Below, one piece after another: positions 22,540 through 35,466 of a DNA stretch of 44,572 nucleotides. Numbering within the stretch: the stretch's first letter is position 1; every line of letters starts with the position of its first letter. Under the pieces are notes generated by a model. The model ran no database searches, had not been told where the DNA came from, and worked only from the letters and a program-made list of their open reading frames with translations. This DNA is from Octopus bimaculoides (lineage: Eukaryota). The position numbers and the translations under genes are program-made. The stretch spans positions 86,090,677 through 86,135,248 of the forward strand of contig NC_068984.1 in NCBI RefSeq assembly GCF_001194135.2. The letters run 5' to 3'.

Positions 22540-22800
22540 CACAACGGGTTTCTTTCAGTTTCCGTCAACCGAACTGGCTCACAAGGCTTTGGTCAGTCCG
22601 GGGCTATAGCAGAAGACAGACAGAACACGAAATCATGTAACCACAAAGTCACTCCAGAGAGAGAGAGGTGGGTAGGAAGAGAGAAATTATGATTGTCAAG
22701 TAGAATCGGCGCAACAGGGCTGGGCGTAATACAATCCATCCAACGGACTTTTACAGTTACCATCTCCCCAATTTCACTCACAACGCTTGGACTAACCTAT
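22540..22800 (-). mobile_element. SINE-B head fragments
   Basis: GGGTTTCTTTCAGTTTCCGTC...CTCACAAGGCTTTGGTC...GCTATAGCAGAAGAC, plus a second CCAATTTCACTCACAA fragment. Confidence 0.65.
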
Positions 22801-23209
22801 GGATGCAACTCATTTAAAATACAGCAGCTACAATAATAGAGAGAAGAATGACATTTGATCGTATCTCCGAACTTCGAATAACATTTAAGATCCTAATGCT
22901 GACGTTGAAAGCTGTACATAGCCTTACTTCTCAATATCATAGAGAACTGCTTAGTGAAAAAGGAGATAACAGTGTAACTGAAAGCTATGGTAACTAGGCT
23001 TTTTGCAAGTCCGCTCCAGTTCTCTAGAATGAGCTACCTGTCTGTATGACCTGCACCATTTTACGTCAGCTTTCACATAAAATCTGAGGACTTTCTATTC
23101 AGGAAATAGCAGTGATCAGTCTCTCACATTGTTGTTTATATGAACGGACGACTAGGGTGCCTATGAATTTTTTTTTTTTTGATGGATCTACAGCGTTATA
23201 TAAGTACTT

Positions 23210-23720
23210 TATTATTATTGACAGAGCAGTGCATGCCATCAAAGTGACACTGGGGTACAAATATACAAAGCCCAATATACCCATCATGACTACCCGTCAT
23301 ACACCAGGCACATGCATCACAACCATATGTACGCAACATAGTGATCTCATATCAAGATAAACAGCGCATGACTTTACAGGTGGGGGCCCAGTTAGAACTT
23401 TCTTCAGGTCGAGTAGCCCATTCTGCTCAAAAGGTCCCTGAATAAGGGTTGTTTTAAGGATGAGGAACAAAATACCCATGTTTCCAAAAGTGAATTATTC
23501 AAACCCCAAGGAATTCCTCTCAACACTTGGCTATGATGCTCCCCCACTACTTCTGCTCGTGGATCAGAAATGCACATATCGTCAGCTGGTTAAGGTAAAA
23601 TAACTGACAAACAAATCTGTGGTATTGAGCAGAATATTTGCTGTAGCTCGTCAATGTACATGATAACACTTCCAATCAGTTAAGATCAAGTCATGGGAGC
23701 CACTGCTTGGTACTGCATTA
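23210..23720 (-). mobile_element. Probable non-LTR retrotransposon 3' UTR fragment with (AAT)n tail
   Basis: A segment of higher GC ends on the minus strand in ...GCACTGCTCTGTCAATAATAATAAA. I recall it as an abundant octopus repeat, but there is no second copy in the window to confirm this. Confidence 0.35.
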
Positions 23721-25798
23721 TTATTATATTAGATAGTTGCCTAAATGTCATGCAGTGGAGCCAAACTGGTGCTCATGGTTGAGAAGTAAACATCTTAGCT
23801 ACACCTACTTTCTCACACAGATCCTTATAATAATGATTTCCAGCTCCAAGAGGTTTCATAACATCAGCATATAATTGTAATTACTGTAATCTATGCATAA
23901 GAGAGGTCACCCACTTCCTGTAGGATGCTAATTGCATACTTGTAAAACTAAATGTTCTTGTCCATGTTCAGATAAAGAAAAAAGACATGTGAAATTAGGT
24001 CATACTCAGAGATCTGATGAAACACCTGTATTTGATCTGAACTTGTAAAACAGTGCTGGCAATTGCTTCATAGCAGCAGCTATTTTTGTACAGACACACA
24101 CATGCATTAATAACAAGCAAACATACATAAAGGCGGCACTCCAGTATGGCTTTAACTATTATTGCTAAAACAGAGTAATTCTGAGCCTAGGTATGTAACC
24201 TTAGTACCAAAACGTTCTGATATTTACTAATTATACTCTTGAAGAGAGAAGCTGATTCCAGCCATAAAAATCCCAGCTTTTGTTATTAGACAGTGTGTTT
24301 TCTGGATTATGCATCCTTTTTAAAATGGTAATTATTTCTAGTAGGTTGAGAGACCACATAGAAGCATTTCAAGGAGTTGTATTATTAAAGGAAATAAGCA
24401 CACAATTTAACAGTTACCAGGCTGAAACTGTTTCAATGAAACCACCTTAAATACTAAAATAAAAGCTTGTTTTCCTTTATTACTTTGCCACTGTCTTCAC
24501 GCTGTGTCAAGTTTAGCACAAATGATTTTGAAATATATGTTAGCTACATCTGTCACTATTTATTCCAGTCCAGTCAAAAACTTCTTGAACTTGCAGATGG
24601 TGATTTAATGTCAGGTAATGTCATTTGGTCACTAAATAATATAATAGCTTCTCTAATCACAGAGCTTCATTTAAATAAACTATTATACAAATCTGCCTGG
24701 AGATTTGATATGAGAAAAGCAGCAATTGAAGCTATTGTGAATGTGTAGTTGGCCATTTGAGGGAAACAAATTCAACAACTAAATAATAAAAATATTAATG
24801 AACAATGAACATTGTAAAACATCTTGTTTGCAATGTCAATGTTGATAATAAAAACAATAACATTGATTTCAGATGTTTTTACTCACTACCAATAGTGGAT
24901 GAGCTCTACAAACTTGAACTAAAAATCAAGTTTCAGGAGTATAGCTTCTATAAACGCGCAAAATAAAAACTTGCAAATTTTAATAGATTTATAAAAAATT
25001 TAAAACCATTCCAATTCATAATGGATAAAATCTGAATTGAAGAGTCAATTCCGGACACAAAGTTTAGACTGGGCAGTGAAAAATCTAAAGATGTCACAGA
25101 GTTTTCTCAAACATTGTTAAATATTACAATATAATTTTAATAAATAAGTTGATATTTTCATAATGTTAGTAACTGTAAATAATGAACCAACTTAATTTAC
25201 TTTCTTTTCATTGTCTCAAAAGTTCAAATTGTTCAATTCAGTAGCAAATAAGGAGAAAAAATAATAAATTCACCATCTTGAGCTACTGGATTACTTGAAA
25301 CACTAACAATGCCTGTGAGCTTTGTTTTACTTGTTTCTGTGTTTGTATGATAATTTATATATATATATATATATACAAAGGAAATATAAAATTTTTAAAT
25401 AGAGGCCACAATTCAATAAAGGGAAAATCTAGATTTAATGAACAAGTCAAACATCTTCATTAGCAAACTGGACTGTATGACTAGGAAGTAGAACGGTGCT
25501 AGCAGAGTACCAACCGATCCTAATTTAAATTAGGCACTTGAAATTGTTTTAATAGTCAAACACATGCACTACACATTGTATGTCTATGAGTGCATGAATG
25601 TATGCATGCATGTAGGAATGCAAGCATGAATCTAAATATGAGAAAGTATTATGATATCAAATCACTTATGTATACATATGCATGACTGTAGTATGTGTGT
25701 ATTTGTATAAAACTGTGCTTGAATGTAAAGGGTTACAGTGCTAAAACTATAAAATCTATCTTTAAAATACTGAATCTTTACAACTGTTATATGTTGTT

Positions 25799-28672
25799 TT
25801 AATTTGTAATACTCTGAAAATTTTCTGTTTGTCTTTCATTAGACTTGAGATACTGCCGTGCAATTTCTAAATCTCTTTGCTGTTCTTTTAAGATTTCTTT
25901 CAGCCGTTTAATACGATCAGAAGAGTCACAAGAGGAACCTATTGATGGCAAGTTATTTTTTGGGGGAATATCAAGTTCAGTTAATGGTTTTGAAGTATCT
26001 GAAAATGTTAATCTTGGTGTTGTTTCTACTGCCTGGTGATAGTGAGGTTTGTCATGATACAACAATGTATTTATTATTCCTTTACTTTCTTGTTGTTCAT
26101 TACCAACTTTTATATCAGGTTTTCCAATAAATGTCTCGCTTTTTAATTTCTTCTTTTTATCTATTGGATACATTATTTTATCAGTTCTAAAACCATTGTT
26201 GAATTGCTTTGGATCTTCTGACTTAAGATTTTTGTTTAATTTACTAGAAGCAAATTCTTTCTTTTTTGAGTATTTTGTGGTAATCTTTTCTCGTATTCCT
26301 TTCAGAACAGTCATCCTTGGAGATGATATGTCTGTCTTCACTTTTTTCTTCAAATAATTTATCTTTCCATGATTCACAGGTTTCTTTGAGGGGCAGCTAA
26401 CACATCCTACACATTTGCATTCAGAACCAACACCATTAGCAATAGCTTTCATCTTAGACTTCCGGCAGTATTTTTTCCTTGTATGAGAACATTTAGCAAT
26501 TTCAGGAATAATTTTCCAATAGAAATCTATTTCACCACTTCTTGGAACAATTCCAGTTGTAGACCCTAACTCACTGAGAAAATTATGACGACATTCTTTT
26601 GAACATTTTTCTGAAGTTTTGACTGTAGCTAAGCTATCATTGGTATTCATTAAGGAGAAGTCACTAGGAAGATTTAATTTGGGAACAACAAGATAACAAC
26701 TAAAGCAGCGTGCCAATTCCCTAGAGACATAGCAGTGGCTGCTGATTTTACCCCCACCCCCATCTGACAAGTCGCAACACTTTTTGGATTTATCTGTATT
26801 GACTGTTGAACTGCGACAAAGTCCAAGATATTTAAAAAAGCTGTTAAGTTTCCGCTCCTCATCAGTAATAGGCTTTAAACTTTCAAAGTCATTTGCATGG
26901 CAACTTACAGTGATATCTTCCCTACTGATAGGTAAATTATTACTAAACACTGACTTGGATTCCCTAAGTGGTTTACTTGCTTTGATTTTTTTAGGTTTGT
27001 TGTCCCGCTGATTTTTATTTACAAATTTGGAAGTCTTTTGAGGAGGTCGTCCTCGTGGTCTTTGCAAACTTGGTTTCCGTTTTGTTTTCACATTTTCCTT
27101 GGACTCTATTGAAATTTTACCTGAAATATTAAGACCTAGCTTTGATGATTTAAAACCTAATGTTGAAGGAACTAAATTGAGATCACATTTGTTTCCTGAA
27201 TTGTCAGCAAGAGAATATATTGAGTCTATCTTCAGGGCAAGTGGAGGGTCAGAACAATTGCCTGTAGTGTTTAGTAAAACTGGGTTTGTCAAAACAGAAG
27301 TGTTACCAAACGCTCCCTGAGTAAAATGAGATGAATTATGAGTGATGGGGTGGTTATGAGGGACAGGATTTATTTGGTGTGCTTGAGAAATTGGATTACT
27401 GTTTTGCCCTCGAGTACTTGGATTTATGTATTGCCCATAAGGAGAACCGAGAGCAAAATTTGAGTCAACTGGTTGAGATCTTTGTAATGATAGAGTTTGG
27501 TTTTGAAATTGGCTATAATTTATAGCGGGAGAAGTAAAACAATTATGGGAAACAGGACTATAAAACATTTGGAGTTGATTTGTTTGACTAAGAGTAGGAT
27601 GAGGATTTGGCAGTGAATGAAGAGCCATGTTAGGATGATAAAACTGTTGAACAGGAACATATTTAGACTTTCTCACTTGATTAGAGCACGTGTTTTTTGA
27701 TTTAATGTTTGTAAAACGTTGTGGAACAACTTGAAGTGTTAGGTTTAATGGTTGTGACATTGCAGCTGTGTGATCAGAGAGTTCTGGTTTTGAATTATAT
27801 GAAGAAAAGATCAATGGAGATGGCATTGAGGGAGAAGTGGTCAAGATATTATTGGAATTAGAATGAAACATAGAAGAATGTGGTAAAGACATTTTTGTAT
27901 TTGATGAAATTTTATCATCTTTGAACTGTTTGAAGTTTTGACTTGCAAGAGCTGGTTCCCGATGTAGATCAGAATTGACATTCTTTTTTGAATTTGTTAT
28001 AAGGGAAGCATTGTTTGGAACAATAGTTGCCACCGGTATCAGTTTTGTACAGTCATTTCCAAAGAATGTTTGTGATGCTGGTTTCATAAAGCTATTTGAT
28101 TTTTCCCCAGCAGTAATCACATAAGTGTCTGATTTTGGTTGTGAGACAGAAGATTTAACAAAAATTAACTGTTGAGCAGATTGTTGATGTAAGTTGTTTT
28201 TTCCAGCAGCCTGGCTACTTGAGCACACAGGAGAAGAATTAGAAGTTGATGAAACAGGTTTCAAGGTTTGATGAGACATTAATGAAGTAGCTGTTGGATT
28301 AACAAATGCTACAAGTGGAGTAGTAATACAAGGAAGATGCCCAGTGGTAGGCTGCAAAGAAGACCCAGCTATTGGTACACACTCAACATCTGATGTTTTT
28401 TTCATGCTCGGAAATGAAGACTCACGAGGAAATAGTTCTGTAAAGCTTTTTGCTTCAGAACCAAACAGTTTTGAATCAGAACTGAGTATCATGTCCCCTT
28501 TGTTTTGAACAGAAGGATTCATCCTGATAGTATCTCCATTGTAACAGACTGTGTTCAGCTGACTGAAAGATTTTAGTTTCATCACATCAATAGGTCTTGA
28601 AATCAAAGTTAGAGAATCCATTATAGCAGATGGTGTTTTTGATTTTTCTTCAAGTATTGACAATAAGTGCAC
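25799..28672 (-). CDS. Large terminal coding exon (>=940 aa): disordered S/N/P-rich nuclear protein with AT-hook-like RGRP, Lys-rich region and LRIF1-like C-terminal coiled coil
   Basis: The ORF is stop-free for 2.9 kb in an AT-rich genome and stays open upstream to 28720, with an in-frame TGA at 28721-28723. The first in-frame ATG is at 28621, and a candidate acceptor TTTAACAG| lies at 28713. RPRGRPP is at ~27041-27061. The terminal DRIKRLKEILKEQQRDLEIARQYLK lies at ~25844-25918. The CDS is high confidence; the identity is tentative. Confidence 0.85.
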   Translation of the reverse strand: MHLLSILEEKSKTPSAIMDSLTLISRPIDVMKLKSFSQLNTVCYNGDTIRMNPSVQNKGDMILSSDSKLFGSEAKSFTELFPRESSFPSMKKTSDVECVPIAGSSLQPTTGHLPCITTPLVAFVNPTATSLMSHQTLKPVSSTSNSSPVCSSSQAAGKNNLHQQSAQQLIFVKSSVSQPKSDTYVITAGEKSNSFMKPASQTFFGNDCTKLIPVATIVPNNASLITNSKKNVNSDLHREPALASQNFKQFKDDKISSNTKMSLPHSSMFHSNSNNILTTSPSMPSPLIFSSYNSKPELSDHTAAMSQPLNLTLQVVPQRFTNIKSKNTCSNQVRKSKYVPVQQFYHPNMALHSLPNPHPTLSQTNQLQMFYSPVSHNCFTSPAINYSQFQNQTLSLQRSQPVDSNFALGSPYGQYINPSTRGQNSNPISQAHQINPVPHNHPITHNSSHFTQGAFGNTSVLTNPVLLNTTGNCSDPPLALKIDSIYSLADNSGNKCDLNLVPSTLGFKSSKLGLNISGKISIESKENVKTKRKPSLQRPRGRPPQKTSKFVNKNQRDNKPKKIKASKPLRESKSVFSNNLPISREDITVSCHANDFESLKPITDEERKLNSFFKYLGLCRSSTVNTDKSKKCCDLSDGGGGKISSHCYVSRELARCFSCYLVVPKLNLPSDFSLMNTNDSLATVKTSEKCSKECRHNFLSELGSTTGIVPRSGEIDFYWKIIPEIAKCSHTRKKYCRKSKMKAIANGVGSECKCVGCVSCPSKKPVNHGKINYLKKKVKTDISSPRMTVLKGIREKITTKYSKKKEFASSKLNKNLKSEDPKQFNNGFRTDKIMYPIDKKKKLKSETFIGKPDIKVGNEQQESKGIINTLLYHDKPHYHQAVETTPRLTFSDTSKPLTELDIPPKNNLPSIGSSCDSSDRIKRLKEILKEQQRDLEIARQYLKSNERQTENFQSITN

Positions 28673-31187
28673 AGAGCTGTTGATTTCTTTATTGTAAAGC
28701 TGCTGGTTTAAGCTGTTAAATCATTTTTGTGATTTGGAGATGGGTAGATGTTTCCAAGGCTAGTTGTATTTGGCATGCTTAATAACTAGATGGCTCATGG
28801 TAAAATCTACAAAAGAAAAAAATATATAAATATTACTTAAATTCTTGAATAGACATACATTCTGAGGAGTGTTTAAATTCATATATAAGCTATCTAGTGT
28901 AAAAATAACAACAGAAATGAATGCAAACACTTTTCTCCCCCCTTTTACAAAAATATCATTTTGCACTCGATACCAACTCGTCTGATATTGTCCTTGGTTC
29001 TCTAATGCTTATTTTTTGTTTAACAATGATCTAAATTAAAGCCATCCATAAAAATTTCATGTTAATTTAAATTCCAAACGCTAAATAATATTAGCTATTT
29101 CACAAAATCCTTCATTATTTTCAAATTTAATTGAAACATAGACCTCACATATAAAAAAAAATGGTAGCAGAAGGATTAAATGGTTTGTTAGAACGGGAAA
29201 AAGAGAAATAAATGAAAGTTTTAAACATTCTTCTGCAAATTTAAGATGTATAGAAATCTCGCTTTAAGAGACGCTTTCAAAGTTTTAAACTTTCTTTCAT
29301 TCTAAAAGAAACATCTGAATGTGTTAAACAAAATGTTTTTTTAAAAAGTGATTTTGTTGCAACCCAGCATGTTTATAATCACTAAATTTGTTTCGATAAT
29401 TCAAGTTCATAGCTAAAATATACAACTGTTAAAAAAAAAAACTTCAAATAGTTATGAATAAATCATTAGAATACTTTCATAAACGGATTGGCGCGAATTA
29501 AACTTCTAAAGACAAAACTTTTAACAATCTCTGGTGTGATAAAATTTTCATACCACCCGACTATAAAACTGTAAGCGATGGTAGTTTCTGAACTACTAAC
29601 GTTACAGAGTTGACCCACCATTTCACGAGACAAATACAACATCGATTAACAGGCAGTGTTGAACTTTAACATCCCGTTCTTTTATTGGAGTGTATTTCAA
29701 CAAATATCAATCAGAACCTAGCTTTTCCAAGTTAAGTACAACTTTTTGTTAAATAAACACAATGCATGGTGTATGAGGTATAAAAATAATGAAAGTAGGA
29801 AAACTTCTAACGTTATAATAAAATATCAACATTATAGTAAAAAAAAAATATATTAAAATTTCGACTGTAAACAATACTGAGACAGAATTCAGTACAATAA
29901 TTTATCGCCTATATTAAAAAAAAAGTTTCTTGAAGACTGACTTCTTGAATAAAGTAAAAGGTAACTTGCATACAATTCAGGGTTTTAATACAAGAAATAT
30001 CCTCATTCAGTTAATCTCCGAATCAACGTGAAAGAAAAAAATTCAATGTAAAAAAAAAAAAAATTACGCCTATGTTATATCATCAAGATATACCCAAATA
30101 CACATAATCGCTGTTACGATTAATACACTTCCTTTAGAATCAACGTGTATGTAATTTAGTACTGAACTGAGAAAAAAAAATTAACAACGAAACATTTTTT
30201 TCCTATTCTACTTTACGAAGAATATTCAGAATGAAGTTACACTCAAAAGTATTTTTATATCGAAATAGAAAATTAGCAAAATATCGTATTCCAATGGCTT
30301 TGCTGCTATGTAGTAACTAAAACAGTTACAGCTGTGTCATTAGCAAATGAGAGAAAGAACGAGGGAGGAAGTGGATAGAGGTGTAGGGTGAAGTAATTTC
30401 CAATATTACACCCGTTGAAAAGTAGATTTTCGCAGGAAATAAATCCTGTAAATTGTAGAATGAGAAAACATTCCGTTCGATTCAGGTGTATTACAAAAAA
30501 TGTTCTGATGTGACTATGAACAATATTTTAAATAAATTCTTTAGACCGTGAAAAAAAAAAGAAGAAACTGTTGGTAACGATTCGAGTTAATTTCCATCAT
30601 AAAAATCTGTTTTATATAATAAGCTCTATAATAAAGAAGCAGTAATGTGAAGAATCTAGACCAAGATGAAAACGGAAGATGATAAAGAAAACATTTGAAA
30701 TGTAGCAAGTGGGGGAGGGGGTAATCAAAACATACATGAACAGCGGGTCCAAAACGTAAATCGAAGTTATGTTTTGATGATAGTTAAAAAAAAAAAAAAA
30801 AAAAATTGAAAAAATCCTTCAGTGATTCATCAACAGCACAACATATATATAAAAAAAGGAAGGATATTTTGAACTGCAAAAGATATTTTAAGAATGTACA
30901 TGTTAATTCCTTCGAAGAATTATAAACATTTAAATGTGGGATTTTTGATTTAAGTAACAAAATGGTAAAACTATTCGTTGCTTCGATTCTTTTATATTCA
31001 AACTATAACAATAAAGCAAATTAAAAATAAAATATTAATGTTATCAAATTACAATTCTTTTTTTTGCAAAATGAGTTTCGATATTTTATTCCATGACAAA
31101 CAACCAAAAATTGCTAACAACAAACAATTCCACGAACCAATAATTATATAATTATTTCTAAAGTATTCGCAACAGGGAAATATTTTG

Positions 31188-31229
<42 letters not shown>

Positions 31230-31739
31230 CGAGAAAAATATAAAAGAAAAAATAAAGAAAAAGCGAGAAACCCACTAATAATATGATTCTAATGTACAGA
31301 TAGATCGATTATTGAGGGAAGAAAATATCTGACTGCAACTCGCACGAACTTAACAGTTGCAATGCTGAAATGTACAAGTAACACCTATTTCTGATCAGCA
31401 ATCAATTTATGCAAGAATTACGGAAATGCAGCAAGCAAGCAGCATGTTAATGAAAGTAGAAATTGATAAACAAGCACAAGTATATATCAGTATATAATGT
31501 CATATGGAGAACTTTCATTAATCCACACACAAAACTTTACTTCTGCGAAAAGAAAAAAAAAATCTTTTAAGAAATAAATATTTGTAATTAAATATATTTA
31601 TTTATACTTACAGGCACTTATCTTCGGAATAATTTAGGCCTAAAAACATACATGTATATAAGTCAGTGTCTTTCTTAAATGAAGGTATAAAATATACGTT
31701 TGTATGTATGTATATAATCCGACTGTAGATAAACTGTTA

Positions 31740-32200
31740 CGGTGTCCTTATAGTTCCGTATAGAAAGCCGTGCGAGATGTTTAATGCCGATCGCTGTTGA
31801 GTTACAGTCAGTGAGAGGCTACGGAAACACACACACACTTTCAACAAAGCACAATCGCAAAATGGCTGACTACAAACCGATGAAAGCGAGGCGACTATAC
31901 GATCTAATGCGATCACTATGAATAGATGAAGAGTGAGTGACGCAGCGCGTATTTCAATAGCATCACGTGGTATTCATTGCCTACAATAGGCGAAGCGACC
32001 TAGTTATGATCAGCTCTGCAGATGGGGCAGTTAAGTTAATACGTTCGATATCTGCTTTCATCCCGTGAAACCTCAGCAATGTTTCGGGACAGCAAGCTGA
32101 ATGAAGTCTGACGAATGGGTGTAATTGATGACTATTACCTGCCGTATCTTCGGTGCCAATTGCTGATACTGCTACAACTATCCCTTCAGTCGTTGATGCC
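31740..32200 (-). promoter_or_regulatory. Candidate promoter / first-exon region for the minus-strand gene
   Basis: This is a locally CpG-retaining segment. It has a YY1-type motif (GTCAGCCATTTTG on the minus strand, 31858-31870), TGACGCA (31938-31944) and E-box CACGTG (31964-31969). A minus-strand GTAAGT donor candidate lies at 31611. The assignment is inference. Confidence 0.35.
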
Positions 32201-32262
32201 TGTGATTCATTGCAAAAGGCGATGACTTAATTCAGTCGTGCCTGCTTGGTCTATAAGAGATT

Positions 32263-32324
32263 GGTGGTGGTGGTGGTGGTGGTGGTGGTGGCAGTTGTAG
32301 TGGTGGTGGAAGTGGTGGTGGTGG
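32263..32324. repeat. (GGT)n microsatellite
   Basis: Directly visible; it produces the poly-His ORF. Confidence 0.9.
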
Positions 32325-35300
32325 TTAATCAGAACGTAAAGAATTAAAGCCTGAGATAAAAAGGATAAGTTGTCTGCATATAAGGCGGCATTGCAAGTTG
32401 AAGTAGTGTTCACAGAAAAACATAACAATGGAATCTTTTGAAGGAATAATTTGTATTTTTTGCAGTTTAGTTTTGAGTAGCTTAATTCGTTATTATTTGT
32501 GCAAAACGACATTTTAACGTGGCAAGAAAAAAGGAAAATAAACGAATATTTAATATAGTTTCAAGATTAATCTTTACACCTCACTTTTCATAAATGCATG
32601 TATGTCTGACTTTTTGGAGAGGGGAATTCTGGACCTTAAATTTTTTATAAAGCTATGTTTCCAGGTTTTAATTTTTACAACTGTTAAAGACAAGCAGTGA
32701 AATAGATAAGGGAAACACTATCGATAAGAACCTTGTCGGATTTTCATATTTTTCTTTTTATTCTTACTCTTATGACGCGCGCCTTCTCACTAAATAAATT
32801 GATTTTCACGCCTCAAAACGAAATAATAAATATGTCTATCACCAATCAACAAGCAGAATTTAGTTTTATTTCTCTATGCATACACATACAACGTCATTAG
32901 GGCGTAAACAATCTTTTTTTCTTTTCTTTTTTAAAGTATAATTTTCTAAGTTATAACATTTTCCGTCGAAGAAATACGTATAGATTTCATTAAATAGCAG
33001 TCAGTCTTTATGAGACAGTTGTCACTGTCAAATTACAAATTCTCTAAATGCTAACATTTGGATTCTAATATGTGCAGAGTTCTCTATTGAATAACGATAG
33101 CCTGAAGTTCACTTGATCAAAGTCATAGGTTTCTTTTTCTTTCTTTTTTCTTCTGGAAGTGATACTTAAGTGAGTATATGTTTGTCAAATTAGTGACGAG
33201 TATAATTTAGGTGCATGCGTTGTTTCCAAAGGAATATTTGCTAAAACATTACCAGACGAGAATCCTTAATGGACTTGTACACAGACTACATATTAGTAAT
33301 TTGTTAGATACTATTTATCAACTACAACATTGTTTCCGTTCGTTTGTTATTTTAAAATTTATTTTTCAGCTTTAATAACAACAACAATAATAATAATAAA
33401 TAATGGCTTCTTCACAAGAGATATAAGTGTAATATAAGGAAACAACTAGTAATTAAAATAAAATGAAATAAGGAAGATGAGAAACGAGAAGAAGATAATC
33501 TCTTCAAGGTGACAGACGTCTAAAGTACGTGACCTTTAAATTATGCTAGTCTTCTTAAGCGTTAACTTAAATTACAAATATTTTTATAAATACATATAAA
33601 TTTTTCAGTGAATTCTATCGTCAGAGCAAACAAAGTAGTTGTTGTATGAAAGATCAACACAAGAACTGTTTCTAATGTCGAAAAGGAAATTGGGTCAGAG
33701 CAATATACGAAAAACGTAATCTAGATATAATTAGTAATAATAGCTGGTCTCGGCCAACAAACATGAAATACAGCATTAGAAAATATTGAGGACAACCTAG
33801 CAAAAACACCAATCGACTTATTGCTTAAACTTTATTTATCCATTCTGCCATCAAATACATGCGACAATCGATTGCCATGCATAAAACATAGTCTGGCCGT
33901 AGAAGTACTAGAAAACAATAGATTTGGAAGAATTGACTTTATTGAACTGGTCGTTGTCCGTAAAACTCTACAGAAATTAATTGGTTAGATTTATTAATCT
34001 TCGAAATTTGGTAGGATTTCATCCAAATATGTCTTGCCAAAATTGTTTCTGATTTATTCATGATTTCAAGAATCGAAGCGAGATCGCGCCAAGATTTTAA
34101 TTTCAATTTTTAATTTTGGAATCGTTGTTTGAAGAGATTTTTTAGACTTTATTCCCTGTGCAGTGCAGTAGACGGAAGCTCACGGCCAACCGAATTCATA
34201 ATTTAGTTTGCTTCGCGTTTAAAGCACTTTATCTTATGCTAACAAATGCGTTTGTAAAACACAGGAACGTTACTAAATTGCATTCCGGTTTTCACAAAAA
34301 TCCATTGTGCTTACGTATTGAATCTTTATACATCACTGGATACCGGATTCTTTCATCCGATTAAAAGTTCAAGTTGTTATGTATGTATGTAGACAGACAG
34401 GTAGATAGATAGATAGATAGATAGATGAGTAAAGTATGTGTGTATGAATATATATATATATATATANNNNNNNNNNNNNNNNNNNNNNNNNNNNNNNNNN
34501 NNNNNNNNNNNNNNNNNNNNNNNNNNNNNNNNNNNNNNNNNNNNNNNNNNNNNNNNNNNNNNNNNNNNNNNNNNNNNNNNNNNNNNNNNNNNNNNNNNNN
34601 NNNNNNNNNNNNNNNNNNNNNNNNNNNNNNNNNNNNNNNNNNNNNNNNNNNNNNNNNNNNNNNNNNNNNNNNNNNNNNNNNNNNNNNNNNNNNNNNNNNN
34701 NNNNNNNNNNNNNNNNNNNNNNNNNNNNNNNNNNNNNNNNNNNNNNNNNNNNNNNNNNNNNNNNNNNNNNNNNNNNNNNNNNNNNNNNNNNNNNNNNNNN
34801 NNNNNNNNNNNNNNNNNNNNNNNNNNNNNNNNNNNNNNNNNNNNNNNNNNNNNNNNNNNNNNNNNNNNNNNNNNNNNNNNNNNNNNNNNNNNNNNNNNNN
34901 NNNNNNNNNNNNNNNNNNNNNNTATATCATAACTAATTTACATGGTAGAAAGAAAATGGTACGCTAGCTTACATATTGAAATATGATTGCTTTTAGTTGT
35001 TTTTAAAAACTTTGCCTTTAGTGGGAAAATGTGTTTCCCATAAAATATACATATATACATTTCAGTCGAGAAGAGAGCAGACAAGCAACAGCGGCAATTC
35101 GAATTTTGTAGCTGACACTATAATGTGTTCATTCCAGGAAACCTGACTCTGATCAACCAAGCTCAGTTAATATAAATAGAAACCATAAACTGATATACCA
35201 TTCTTCAAAACTTTGAGATAGAGGGTACCATTCTACTAGCAATAGTTGGTAGAGTTTAGCATGCATTTCACGGAAAGAACTGTTTGTCAGTCGTGTAATT

Positions 35301-35351
35301 TGTACAAAACGTGGGATCATAGCATGTGAAAGGTTTAATACTGGTTTCAGT

Positions 35352-35464
35352 GCCTTTTATCCTTGAGGGGTTTATGAAAACAGTACCAGTTGAGTACTGC
35401 GGTCAATGTGATCGACTAGTTCCCTATCCCCAAATTTCAAGTTTTATACCTATAGTAGAAAGGA
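35352..35464 (+). mobile_element. SINE family A 3' fragment
   Basis: AGTACCAGTTGAGTACTGCGGTCAATGTGATCGACT...CCCCAAATTTCAAG...CCTATAGTAGAAAGGA. Confidence 0.8.
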
Positions 35465-35466
35465 AC

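Noticed and set aside
21620-22540. Segments resembling retroposon 3' ends (e.g. GGATTCCCTTCCTGTCGCCAATCC at ~22420)
   Set aside because: They are probably old repeats, but boundaries and family cannot be supported from the window alone.
24476-24564. Minus-strand AATAAA hexamers as the gene's polyadenylation signal
   Set aside because: AATAAA is too frequent in this AT-rich sequence to assign without 3' end data.
25845-27320. Short ORFs antisense to or overlapping the large CDS
   Set aside because: These are expected by-products of a long coding exon and have no independent support.
28960-29179. Possible decayed piggyBac-type MITE ending AAGGATTAA
   Set aside because: It resembles a repeat I recall, but only one terminus is TIR-like and no left TTAA is present.
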